This document shows positions 10,494 through 20,194 of a DNA stretch of 64,000 bases, in pieces. The stretch spans positions 320,001 to 384,000 of the forward strand of contig CAXXGJ010000018.1 of the NCBI GenBank assembly GCA_963677895.2. Direction: 5' to 3'. The position numbers were made by a program, and so were the translations under genes. The stretch's first letter is position 1. Each line of letters opens with the position of its first letter. The DNA is from Treponemataceae bacterium. Its GTDB lineage: Bacteria > Spirochaetota > Spirochaetia > Treponematales > Rectinemataceae. The notes beneath the pieces were generated by a model, which had not been told where the DNA came from, searched no databases, and worked only from the letters and a program-made list of their open reading frames with translations.

Positions 10494-11462
10494 ATGAAGC
10501 GTATTTTGTCTTTAGTTTTCATCGCTATGATTGTCACGATGTTAGGATTCTCACAGGCTATCCAAGGCAATTTCTCATTCAAGTCCCCAATCACGGTAAT
10601 CATTCCTTTCAAGGCGGGGAGTACCACTGACCTCCAGGTTCGCTTCATGCAAAAGGCTCTCGAGAAGAATTTGGGCGTAAATCTAGTTATTGTGAATGAA
10701 GACGGCGGCTCGGGTATAATTGGAACCACTACATATATCAACGACTATAAAGCCGATGGATATTCGATCCTGTACGCATTGGCTACGCCTGTAGTGTATA
10801 AGCCGCTGACAGGAGACACGAAGTATTCCTATGATGCCGATCTCCAGGCTGTCTCACGCACAATGTCGTCACCGATGTATCTGGTAGTTCGGGATAATTA
10901 CGACAAGTCGGCACAGGAATTGATTCAGTACATCAAGAGTAAGCCGGGCGCGTTCAAGTATGCGCACGTCGGAACCGGGGGCAATGGTCATCTGGCTTTC
11001 GCTTCATTCCTGAGCGGCCAAGCTATGAAGGCAGTGGCGGTTCCCTATTCCGGCGGAACGGCCGATTGCTATGCTGCGACAATGGGCAAACAAACAGACG
11101 CCTATGTCTGCGGCGAAGCTGATGTAGCAGGACGTCAGGGTGTAAAAGCGCTCATCAATCTTGGCAGTGAGTCTGATAACGCCAAATTCAAAGACGTACC
11201 CACCTTGGCGTCCCTCGGATACCAAGGATATGAAACAAACAATCTTGCCGGATTCTATTATAAGAAGGGAGTTGATAAACGTATAGTCGACACCTTCGAT
11301 GCCGCCGTGAAGGCCGTACTCAAGGATCCTGCCTTGCAGGCACAGGCATTGAAGGCAGGTTTCACCTTCATCTACGATAACGCCGCTGCCTTCGACATGC
11401 AGATACGAGATACTATAGAAAAGGCCATACCAGCAATGAAGGAACTCGGGTTCAAGAAATAG
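10494..11462 (+). CDS. tctC: tripartite tricarboxylate transporter substrate-binding protein
   Basis: signal peptide; PFKAGSTTD, GGSGIIG, DVPTLASLG. Confidence 0.88.
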   Translation: MKRILSLVFIAMIVTMLGFSQAIQGNFSFKSPITVIIPFKAGSTTDLQVRFMQKALEKNLGVNLVIVNEDGGSGIIGTTTYINDYKADGYSILYALATPVVYKPLTGDTKYSYDADLQAVSRTMSSPMYLVVRDNYDKSAQELIQYIKSKPGAFKYAHVGTGGNGHLAFASFLSGQAMKAVAVPYSGGTADCYAATMGKQTDAYVCGEADVAGRQGVKALINLGSESDNAKFKDVPTLASLGYQGYETNNLAGFYYKKGVDKRIVDTFDAAVKAVLKDPALQAQALKAGFTFIYDNAAAFDMQIRDTIEKAIPAMKELGFKK

Positions 11463-11477
11463 ATTCTGATCTATCAC

Positions 11478-11508
11478 AAACGAGGGGGGCCTAATCCCTC
11501 CTCGTTTT
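11478..11508 (+). terminator. stem-loop after tctC
   Basis: AAACGAGG...CCTCGTTTT. Confidence 0.55.
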
Positions 11509-11527
11509 ATCTGGAGGGACTTCGTTC

Positions 11528-11986
11528 ATGAACAAGAAAGACTTCATTACTTACAGCTTCTGGGGAGGGTTATTCCTCCTTGTCATGTTGTGGTGCAAGG
11601 CTTTGCCTGAATCGGTAGCATACTGGCCTCGGCTAATTAGCATCATCGGATTGTCGCTCTCTGCTATCGGGATTATTCGATGCGGGATCGCCTGGTTCAA
11701 GGAAAGAAACAAAGTCCGAGAAAAAATCTTTGTACTCGGCAAGGTTCAGACGAAACATGCTGCAGTCCTGCTCACTTTAATGATTGTATGGATTGCGTCC
11801 ATGAAAATCCTCGGTTTTTTGGTATCATCAGCCATAGTAGTGAATCTGATCGTGGTGTACTTCGAGGCGGCCAAAACTCGGAGGAAGCTGCTCTTGGATT
11901 TTGGTGTGACCTCGGTCCTGGTGATCGGCATGTATTTCCTCTTTGTCGCTCTAGGCGTTCGTTTCCCCCTAGGGATCTTGGGATGA
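11528..11986 (+). CDS. tctB: TTT small membrane subunit
   Basis: about 4 TM segments, C-terminal FPLG, between tctC and tctA. Confidence 0.8.
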   Translation: MNKKDFITYSFWGGLFLLVMLWCKALPESVAYWPRLISIIGLSLSAIGIIRCGIAWFKERNKVREKIFVLGKVQTKHAAVLLTLMIVWIASMKILGFLVSSAIVVNLIVVYFEAAKTRRKLLLDFGVTSVLVIGMYFLFVALGVRFPLGILG

Positions 11987-12008
11987 CCGATCAAAGGAGC
12001 TATCAATA

Positions 12009-13514
12009 ATGAGCAATTTTATTCACTTAATCATGGCGACGCTTTCTTTCGCCAACCTGGCGATCGTGCTACTCGGAACGATTGTCGGTATAGTCGTTGG
12101 AGCCCTTCCTGGCTTTACCGCGACAATGGCTATCGCCATTTTAATTCCGATCACATATACATGGGACGCAACAATGGCGCTGATTTTCCTTGGTGCCATC
12201 TACTGTGGCTCGATGTATGGCGGATCAATTACCGCAATCCTCATCAACACTCCAGGAACCGCAGCCGCAGCTGCGACAACAATCGACGGCTTCGCGCTAA
12301 CGAAAAAGGGTAGGGCCCACGAGGCTTTAACGCAGGCTGCGGTCGCTTCGTTCTGGGGAAATATGCTCAGTGTTGTCGTACTTCTGTTCTTCGCCCCGTC
12401 CCTCGCGAAATGGGCTTTCAGTTTTGGAGCTCAGGAGCGTTTCCTCCTTGCGCTTTTTGGCTTGGCCATCATAGCATCGCTCTCTACGAAGAACATGCTT
12501 AAGGGCTTAATAATGGGATGCTTCGGACTGCTCATCGCGACTATGGGCATGGATCCCATAATGGGAAAGGCACGATTCACTTTTGGCTCGACATATCTTC
12601 TCGGCGGCATTAATCTGATCCCTGCTGTAATCGGGCTTTTCAGTATTACTCAAGTGTTCACCTCGGTTAACGATAGCTCTGAGGTTCTCCATAAGGAAAA
12701 TATTACCGAGTTCAAGAAGTCCAAGACTAACCTTAAGGATTTATTCAGGTATCCGGCAACTTATATTCGTGCTTCAATTATTGGCATCATCATTGGTATA
12801 ATCCCCGGCACAGGCGGAGACGTTGCATCTTACCTGTCGCATAACATCGGCAAGATGTTCTCCAAGGACAAGGAATATGGGAACGGCTCTCCGGAAGGCG
12901 TCGCTGCTTGCGAGGCTGCGAACAACGCGGTTGTCGGAGGCACTTTGATACCGACACTTACTCTGGGAATACCAGGCAATGCTACAACAGCTATCCTCAT
13001 GGGAGGATTGACCTTACATGGCCTTACCCCCGGCTATACATTATTCACATCCAATGCGGATACTATCTTCCCATTCATTTTCTCTTTGTTCATAGCGACT
13101 ATTCTCTTTCTCATTATTGGCCTCAAAGGTGCGAAGTACTTTGCGCTTGCAACTCTCACTCCTCGTAACTTACTTGCAGGTACGGTTCTCCTGCTAAGCA
13201 CAATCGGAAGTTATGCGATGAGGGGTAATATCATCGATGTCGTTGTTATGCTGGTATTCGGCGTTCTGGGCTATGTGCTAAAGCTCTATAAGTACAGCAT
13301 CGTACCGATCGTTCTTGGCATGATCCTTGGTCGAATGGCCGAGGAGTCACTCCAACAGGCATTGCTCCTTAATGATGACTCACTCGCCGCCGTTTTCAGA
13401 AGTTTCCTCGGAAGGCCGATATGTATTGTATTGGCAATCTTCATTCTCTTATCTGTAGCCTATCCGATCTATACGGAGAAAAAGAAAAAAAGTGTCATAG
13501 AGGAGAGCACCTAA
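12009..13514 (+). CDS. tctA: TTT large permease
   Basis: GALPGF, YGGSITAILINTPG, EAANNA, LTLGIPG. Confidence 0.93.
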   Translation: MSNFIHLIMATLSFANLAIVLLGTIVGIVVGALPGFTATMAIAILIPITYTWDATMALIFLGAIYCGSMYGGSITAILINTPGTAAAAATTIDGFALTKKGRAHEALTQAAVASFWGNMLSVVVLLFFAPSLAKWAFSFGAQERFLLALFGLAIIASLSTKNMLKGLIMGCFGLLIATMGMDPIMGKARFTFGSTYLLGGINLIPAVIGLFSITQVFTSVNDSSEVLHKENITEFKKSKTNLKDLFRYPATYIRASIIGIIIGIIPGTGGDVASYLSHNIGKMFSKDKEYGNGSPEGVAACEAANNAVVGGTLIPTLTLGIPGNATTAILMGGLTLHGLTPGYTLFTSNADTIFPFIFSLFIATILFLIIGLKGAKYFALATLTPRNLLAGTVLLLSTIGSYAMRGNIIDVVVMLVFGVLGYVLKLYKYSIVPIVLGMILGRMAEESLQQALLLNDDSLAAVFRSFLGRPICIVLAIFILLSVAYPIYTEKKKKSVIEEST

Positions 13515-13541
13515 CAGCCACCACTGGATATTATTATATCT

Positions 13542-14309
13542 CTAGTATTTTAAGCTGAACGTCGCGCCTTCGACAGAAAGATCCTTGCTCATTGTGTTGG
13601 CCGTTTCGACTAGAAGAGCTGAGTACAGCTTAATCTTTGCCTGGTCTATTCGGATTTTTGGCGCACCGATTGAAATTGCAGCCCAGACCTTCCCATTGGG
13701 ATCGCGTATCGGGGCGCCAATGCCGAAAGCTTCAGATGCGTACTCCTCGTCACTGATCGCGTACCCACGCTCGCGCACTTTTGCGAGATCTTCGAGGATC
13801 TTGTCCAGTGATGTAATCGTCTTCTTCGTAAGAGCGCGAATCGGCTCTCGAGAATACCATTCCTTGATTACTTCTACGTTTTCGTATGCTGCCAGAGTCT
13901 TTCCGATCGCGCTTGCGTAGAAGGGTCTTGGATCTCCTATTTTTCCCGTTATACGAACTACTTGGTGACTCTCTGCCCGACAGACGATAGTCGCCACATC
14001 ACCGACCATCATTCCTAGATTGACATTCTCATTAACGGCATCACGTAGGCGCTCCATATATGGCTTTGCGTAATGTGTTATTCCAATTTGCTCTTCATAC
14101 GTCTTGCCGATTAAATAGACCGCTAAGCCAAGCGTATATTTATGGCTGGCATTTTGCTTCGCGAAACCATTATTTACTAATACACTTAATAACTTGAATG
14201 TCCCACTTTTCCCGCAGCCGATCCTTTTACCCAGCTCAGTTACACCATATTCATAGGGCGATTGCGATAGGATTTTTAGCAGGGCTATCACCTTTTCTTG
14301 CGAATTCAT
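13542..14309 (-). CDS. IclR-family transcriptional regulator
   Basis: N-terminal HTH; SAIGKTLAA, RERGYAISDEE, IGAPI. Confidence 0.92.
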   Translation of the reverse strand: MNSQEKVIALLKILSQSPYEYGVTELGKRIGCGKSGTFKLLSVLVNNGFAKQNASHKYTLGLAVYLIGKTYEEQIGITHYAKPYMERLRDAVNENVNLGMMVGDVATIVCRAESHQVVRITGKIGDPRPFYASAIGKTLAAYENVEVIKEWYSREPIRALTKKTITSLDKILEDLAKVRERGYAISDEEYASEAFGIGAPIRDPNGKVWAAISIGAPKIRIDQAKIKLYSALLVETANTMSKDLSVEGATFSLKY

Positions 14310-14470
14310 AGCTCCTCCCAATTTCATATTGCTATTGTTACTTTTATGATTGGTAGAACATAGCATAGGCGTAAAACTACCTCAAGGAAACTAGTCCTTA
14401 TAAAAAGGTATCGGTCACAGCATTCGTACCTCCTCGTTCATTATACATGGTATGAGCGTGGAGAGGGTCA

Positions 14471-14641
14471 TTATGCTTCATCTTCGTTTTTAGCTTTTAT
14501 AGACCGAACCATCGTATACTTGCCTTTTGTTTCTTTCCAGAGCTGGGCATAGAAGATCACGTTGCGGTTTTGGATGGAAAAAGGCTGTCTCCGGTCTACA
14601 AACACCTTCCCGCGACGAAGAATCTCATGCTTTCGTCTCAT
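14471..14641 (-). pseudogene. possible tyrosine-integrase N-terminal fragment
   Basis: 56-aa ORF ...QPFSIQNRNVIFYAQLWKETKGKYTMVRSIKAKNEDEA* resembles integrase arm-binding N-termini; next to att scar. Confidence 0.35.
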
Positions 14642-14711
14642 AGTTGGATAAGTGTTTGGATTCCGGATCTCGGATCGCCAAACTATTTCATTATCTCGTA
14701 AAACTTAAAAT

Positions 14712-14756
14712 AGCCGAAGCCGGGAATCGAACCCGGTACCTGCGCATTACGAGTGC
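14712..14756 (-). pseudogene. 3' half of tRNA-Thr(CGT), att-site remnant
   Basis: GCACTCGTAATGCGCAGGTACCGGGTTCGATTCCCGGCTTCGGCT; no D-arm or 5' acceptor strand upstream. Confidence 0.85.
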
Positions 14757-14911
14757 ATATTATATTAAGCATGCAGTAGCTTACACAACTATAGTATTTA
14801 CATAAGTCATTTCAGTCAATAGATATAATTTCTATAGCGTTACTTATAATTACTTAGCTTTGCTCTACTAATTATGCAATTCTTGTCAACTTTGCTACAA
14901 ACTTTGCTACA
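14740..14911. repeat. att-like repeat family 1, copy 1 (core plus arm repeats AACTTTGCTACA x2)
   Basis: colinear with 33433-33593. Confidence 0.8.
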
Positions 14912-15214
14912 GGATTTTATCCCAGTTTTTAACTGATCAGTTTCATCTTGACTAAGCATCGGAGTCTTTTAGACGAATAATCACCACCTCAAGGCACTAA
15001 TGGCATCTCTCAACATCCTGATTCAGAATAACTAATAGGAAACAAATCTCTGTTTTGGGGAATTTTAGTTTGCAATAAACAGGTAAGATCGAGACTCAAA
15101 TATAAAGTGCCAGCAGACGAACTGTTTTCAGCTCATCTGTTGGCAGATTGATAATGATTAGAAGATAGCTAGTTAAACCAAATTCTGGCATGATGTATAA
15201 CTTTGATAATTCTA

Positions 15215-15628
15215 TTATTTCTTGGTAATTTCTACAATTCCTTTTTCTCCATCAACCTTTACCCAGTCACCAGTTTCAATTACAGCGGTTGGATCCTGAT
15301 CCAGATCAGTTACAGCTGGCACTCTCGTCACGACAGCGCCAAGAGCTATTTTTGTTGTAGTTTCAACATAGACCATTGCCAATGGCGCAACACCATTCAA
15401 TCTCGCTTCATGAAATTGCCCTGACCATCCTGAAGAACCTTTAGCACCATGGTAGACAAGTACTTTCCCCGCAAAGCACTTACCGGCAAGCTCATGACGT
15501 AAATCGATAATAATACCAGTTTTTGGGTCAATACCACCCCAACCAGAAATATAGTCTTTCGTCACAAGTGCTTCACCTTCCACACAGCCGCCGACGACTT
15601 TTCTTCCCTTAAGTATAATCTTGTTCAA
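15215..15628 (-). CDS. aconitase X small (swivel) subunit, DUF126
   Basis: GEALV, DPKTG, GKVLV, AKGSSG; TTG start overlapping the upstream stop. Confidence 0.9.
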   Translation of the reverse strand: MNKIILKGRKVVGGCVEGEALVTKDYISGWGGIDPKTGIIIDLRHELAGKCFAGKVLVYHGAKGSSGWSGQFHEARLNGVAPLAMVYVETTTKIALGAVVTRVPAVTDLDQDPTAVIETGDWVKVDGEKGIVEITKK

Positions 15629-16896
15629 TTGAGTTTCCCCTCCCATTTGCCAGTAAGGGCAGCATTAACACATTCTTCAGTAGATCCATACCAAGCTTCT
15701 ATACCCGTGATATTTGGAAGATAATGGGCTTGTTTTGCCGAATCGGTGGCCAATACAGTACTTCCTTGAGGCTTAAATCTCCCTAAGGCAGGACAGCAAT
15801 CACGCATCAGGATGGCACCAGTATCCTCGATAATCTTCTTGAATCCATTTCTTTCAGCTAAATCTTTCAAAGACTGTGGAACAAAAACCCACAAATTGAC
15901 ACCTTTCTTAATTTTTTTACCTTGCAGAAGCTTACAGAGACTCCATACTTGCTCAATGGAATAATGGGGACACCCTAACATGATAAAATCCACGTTTCTA
16001 TTACTGCCAATAGAATTCAAAATATCATAGGCTTCTTTCTTTTCTTTCTTTCCGAAGGTAAAGACTTCACGGGGCGTTTTTCCTCCAAACGCTTCGGTCA
16101 CGGAATTCGCCTCGGCGGTAATTCCCGGGATGTGAAACATTTCAACACCACCTGAGGAGGCAGAAGCGGCGCTGAAGTGTTTAAGCATATCGCGAGTTGG
16201 AGTTTTTGTTATATTTGCAATAACGGGTACTTTATCATGTACAACCTTGCCTGCATAATAACCGAGGAGTCCCCAATCCTCTATGGTTTCTATAGGACAT
16301 TCAACGTTAATAAGGTGTGTGCCCAAGCGATTTTCGGTAATATGATATCCCCAATAAGGTATTTTGCCTGTGAGCATTGCCGATGTTGTGCTTTCACGAC
16401 CTTCGCAATTTGTCCGCGCCCCGAGTACACCATTTATGTAGGCTACTGCCGAGGACTCCATCCATGCGCAATGCTCACCTTTTACAGGTACATTGCCTAC
16501 TTGGTAGGGAGTGCAGGTACACATCAGCTGGACGCCCATCTTTGAAAGATATTTCATGTTCTCCTGATAAAGATCGTAATCCGCCTTAGTCTTTCCAGCT
16601 AATTCATAATGATCAGGGTCCATGGATGTTTCAAATTGGCAGGAAGGAACTTTAACCTTAGGGAACACTACGGTTTCATCACTGTCCATGCTAACCTGCG
16701 AAAATAAAGCATCAAAGCTTTTATACGTCTGCATCTGCTTGAGATCGGCGATCATATAGCCACCCACATTGCTGGTATCGATAAGACGCTCAGCACCAAG
16801 CGCTTCGCAATACCGAACCAGCATTTCCATGGCTTTCTGGACCGCAAGCCCTTGTTCTCCATTTAGCATTGCTTTTTCGTCATCTTGTAAAATCAT
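15625..16896 (-). CDS. aconitase X large catalytic subunit, DUF521
   Basis: CTCTPY, AWMESSA, GARTN, LGCPHYS, DCCP, TDSAKQAHY. Confidence 0.92.
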   Translation of the reverse strand: MILQDDEKAMLNGEQGLAVQKAMEMLVRYCEALGAERLIDTSNVGGYMIADLKQMQTYKSFDALFSQVSMDSDETVVFPKVKVPSCQFETSMDPDHYELAGKTKADYDLYQENMKYLSKMGVQLMCTCTPYQVGNVPVKGEHCAWMESSAVAYINGVLGARTNCEGRESTTSAMLTGKIPYWGYHITENRLGTHLINVECPIETIEDWGLLGYYAGKVVHDKVPVIANITKTPTRDMLKHFSAASASSGGVEMFHIPGITAEANSVTEAFGGKTPREVFTFGKKEKKEAYDILNSIGSNRNVDFIMLGCPHYSIEQVWSLCKLLQGKKIKKGVNLWVFVPQSLKDLAERNGFKKIIEDTGAILMRDCCPALGRFKPQGSTVLATDSAKQAHYLPNITGIEAWYGSTEECVNAALTGKWEGKLN

Positions 16897-16934
16897 AGGA
16901 TCCTCCTATTACATCATTTAGTGTCATAGAAATA

Positions 16935-18230
16935 TTAATCGATATTGAAGGCAATCCGCTTTTGGAGTAATCCGATATCAATGTCATGAACACTCCCTTT
17001 CCCAGAGAGAACAAGAACATGAGCGGCTGCAGCTCCGGTTGCAACGCAAGGTCCCATTACTCTTACCGATGAGAGAGCAGCAACATCGGCATCGATACAT
17101 CTGCCACAAGCTGCATAGTTGTCTGCTTCAGGTGAAAGAAGGCTACCAAGAGGTATATAGTGGACGTGATCTTCACTAAATACTTCCCAGATATATCCTT
17201 CGCCATGATTATGCAGCTCAACCGGCCAAGCTGATCTAGCAATTGCATCATGAGGGCGTTCTCCACTTCGTACGGCTTTTAATGACAGTTGCTTGACACC
17301 ATGTATCCACCTAGTCTGTCGCACTCCAGTCTGCCCATAAATTCTTACATTCGATTCTGAAAAGTTCTTGGGATACTCTGCCTTAAGAAATTTGACAACA
17401 TTGTCTACCTGATCCTTTCCTTTTATGGAAATCATAGATGCTTCCAGAGGATCCAAAGGAGTATCAACATGAGTCATATTCCCAATTGCTATACCGCCTC
17501 GTTGTGGACAATAAAACATGAGCCCCTTTTTTCGCAACAACCTATATTTGCCAGCTGTATGTTCCATTTTATCCATCAGTTCATTTTCTTCTGGAACAGA
17601 TTCGGTAAAATTAATTCCTTCAAGCAGGAACATTTCGCTTCCATACACTGCTCCATTTTCGGGAATGTTGCAGGGCAATCCAGCAAACCAAGCAAGTGCA
17701 GCATCCCCGCTGGCATCTATAAATCCTTCAGCAGAGATGACAACTTCTCCATAACGAGTTGCTGCATGAATCTTATTGATTCTTCTACCTTCGGTATCTA
17801 CCTTATTAAGAACCGCTCCGAGTAGAACTTGTACCCCAGTTTCGACAATTTTTTTTTCCGCCCATCGCAAGAATATTGTTTCATTATAATAGGGTACACG
17901 TGTGTTTTTTACGGGATTCTCGTAGAGCCCTCCAGCTGCTTTAAGTTCGCTGAATAGCTCATCAGCAATACCATGGGTAAACTGATAACCATTCGACCCA
18001 TTCGAAAAGAAACCACAGAAACAGCCAATTACTGCATTATATGTCTGTCCGCCTAGCTGATGTGAAGAATCGAGGAGCAAAACCTTTTTATTCTGCCGCG
18101 CTGCTTCTATGGCAGCAGAGAGTCCAGATATGCCTGCACCAACAACACAAATATCTACATCAATATTCCAGCCGTCTAGCAAATCTCCTCTTCTCACAGA
18201 TCTGGTTCTTGTCATATCAATATCGCTCAT
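16935..18230 (-). CDS. FAD-dependent oxidoreductase (FAD_oxidored family)
   Basis: VVGAGISG, FIDASGDA, GVRQTR, GRCIDAD, RVMGPC. Confidence 0.9.
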   Translation of the reverse strand: MSDIDMTRTRSVRRGDLLDGWNIDVDICVVGAGISGLSAAIEAARQNKKVLLLDSSHQLGGQTYNAVIGCFCGFFSNGSNGYQFTHGIADELFSELKAAGGLYENPVKNTRVPYYNETIFLRWAEKKIVETGVQVLLGAVLNKVDTEGRRINKIHAATRYGEVVISAEGFIDASGDAALAWFAGLPCNIPENGAVYGSEMFLLEGINFTESVPEENELMDKMEHTAGKYRLLRKKGLMFYCPQRGGIAIGNMTHVDTPLDPLEASMISIKGKDQVDNVVKFLKAEYPKNFSESNVRIYGQTGVRQTRWIHGVKQLSLKAVRSGERPHDAIARSAWPVELHNHGEGYIWEVFSEDHVHYIPLGSLLSPEADNYAACGRCIDADVAALSSVRVMGPCVATGAAAAHVLVLSGKGSVHDIDIGLLQKRIAFNID

Positions 18231-18267
18231 TTAGCATTACAACTCCCTATAGTAGATTTTATTAAAG

Positions 18268-19626
18268 TCAATTACCGCCGAGAATGAGTCTCGGGAGGAA
18301 TTCTGATGCTTCAGGTACAAATGTAACGAGAATAAGAATCGGTAAAGCCCCGAATAGAAAGAGAGGAATGAGTGGTTTTATCATCTCATTCACGGTAACC
18401 TTGCATATTTTCCCTGTTATGAAAAGACTCATAGCCATAGGTGGAGTAATGGTCCCGATGCCAACCGCTACGAACATCATTACTCCAAGCTGTACTTGGG
18501 ATAGCCCAATCATCACTGCCGTGGGTAAAAGCAGAGGAGTAAAAAGAAGGAGAAGAATTCCCGCATCAAGGAAAAATCCAGCAGCGAAAATTATAAAATC
18601 GATGATTAGGAGAATTACTGTCCGATTCGTAGATATCGAAGTTATAAGGGTTGTCACCATTTGTGGAACATCATTTACAACTAGAATCCTCGAGAACATA
18701 AGTGTCATAGGCATCATGATGAGAATCGATCCTAAAGACGAACCAGTATCGATGAAACTTTTAAATGCCTGCTTAAACGTCATCTTTTTGAATATAAAAA
18801 TTCCGACAATTAATGCATATAAACAGCCAACTCCTCCAGCTTCAGTAGGAGTAAAAACTCCACCATAAATGCCACCCATAATGATCACCGGCATCATAAA
18901 TGCAGGAAGAACGGAACGAATGATTGATTTTGTATTCCTTTCTTTTGGCTCATTGAAGTTGGCGCTTTCCACGGTTTTCGAATTGAGCGGAGAAGCGGAT
19001 ATCGCAGCTTTACTTGTTATAGAATTTTCTGGAGGATGATACCATTTTGTATATATAACTCTATTGATTATAATATAAAGAGCAGCCCAGATAAGACCAG
19101 GGATAATTGTCGCAAGAAACAATGCTGCAACAGAAGCACTGGAAACGGTAGTATATAATATCGCATTCATATTGGGCGGTATCATGTAACCGAGAGGTCC
19201 GGCTGCAGCTATGAAGGCAGCAATGTATCTTTTATCCCAGCCAAGCTCTTCGAGGCGAGGAGCCATCATTGTACTAAGCGTAGTGACCGTCGCTGTACCT
19301 GAACCGCTCAACGCACCAAAAAAACAGGCGACAACAGGTATGGTAGCGCCCATTCCTCCCTTTACTTTCTTCAATAGAACTTCAGCAAAATCTATTAACG
19401 TTCTTGCGATTCCACTACGTTCCATCAAGGTACCGGCTGCCATGAAGAGAGGAATCGCTAGAATTCCAAAAGAATTTTGTGAATAATATGCTGTCGATAC
19501 ATAAGAACCAGTACTTGCACCGGTAATCAAGGAGAATAGAAGAGATCCTGAAAGAAAGGAGAAAGGAATACTCATGCCTAAAAAAATGAGTAAGAGAATA
19601 GTGATCGACGCTATAATTAATGCCAT
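18268..19626 (-). CDS. dctM: TRAP transporter large permease
   Basis: LAIPLF, FGALSGSG, GYMIPP, FTPTEAG, ITPP. Confidence 0.92.
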   Translation of the reverse strand: MALIIASITILLLIFLGMSIPFSFLSGSLLFSLITGASTGSYVSTAYYSQNSFGILAIPLFMAAGTLMERSGIARTLIDFAEVLLKKVKGGMGATIPVVACFFGALSGSGTATVTTLSTMMAPRLEELGWDKRYIAAFIAAAGPLGYMIPPNMNAILYTTVSSASVAALFLATIIPGLIWAALYIIINRVIYTKWYHPPENSITSKAAISASPLNSKTVESANFNEPKERNTKSIIRSVLPAFMMPVIIMGGIYGGVFTPTEAGGVGCLYALIVGIFIFKKMTFKQAFKSFIDTGSSLGSILIMMPMTLMFSRILVVNDVPQMVTTLITSISTNRTVILLIIDFIIFAAGFFLDAGILLLLFTPLLLPTAVMIGLSQVQLGVMMFVAVGIGTITPPMAMSLFITGKICKVTVNEMIKPLIPLFLFGALPILILVTFVPEASEFLPRLILGGN

Positions 19627-20114
19627 GCTTGTACCACCTTTATCTCTTTGAAAATTAACCGAGCATAATAAATTGCCATAACGGAAGTGCTAAAAGGAAT
19701 AACAGCTTGGAGAATCCAAAGAGGAATCGCCAAACCAGCAGTCACATCATTCATCTCAAAAGTTCCCTTCACATAGCTAAAAGCTAGATAAGCAAAAACA
19801 GATATAACGACGAAGGTTAAAAATTTTATAAATATCTTGAATATTGCTAAAGATTTTTTATTTTTTACTACCATATCCAGAAGATCAATTTTAAAATGAT
19901 CGTCATTCCTTGAAACTAAAATAGCTGCAAGCCAAACACTCTGTATCATGAGGATAACCGGAAGTTCTTCTATTCCCCCTAGGGAAATCTTTAATACATA
20001 CCTCGCAATTACCTGTAGATTAATAATAAAGGCCAGAGCAGCCATTGCAATGCCAAGTAAAATCGAAATTGTAGAATTCAACCATGAATCTATATTTAAA
20101 AAAAACTTCTTCAA
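19617..20114 (-). CDS. dctQ: TRAP transporter small permease
   Basis: 4 TM segments, QVIARY, EEL, HFKIDL; TTG start after GGAGGT. Confidence 0.85.
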   Translation of the reverse strand: MKKFFLNIDSWLNSTISILLGIAMAALAFIINLQVIARYVLKISLGGIEELPVILMIQSVWLAAILVSRNDDHFKIDLLDMVVKNKKSLAIFKIFIKFLTFVVISVFAYLAFSYVKGTFEMNDVTAGLAIPLWILQAVIPFSTSVMAIYYARLIFKEIKVVQAWH

Positions 20115-20194
20115 TCTGGGACCTCCATTCGGTAACAAATGAGACGAAGAAATTATGAAATCTCTTCGTCTCATTTTGAAAAAAGAAGAAATGG

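Noticed and set aside
14712..14756. Functional tRNA-Thr
   Set aside because: 5' half is absent, so it was treated as an att remnant
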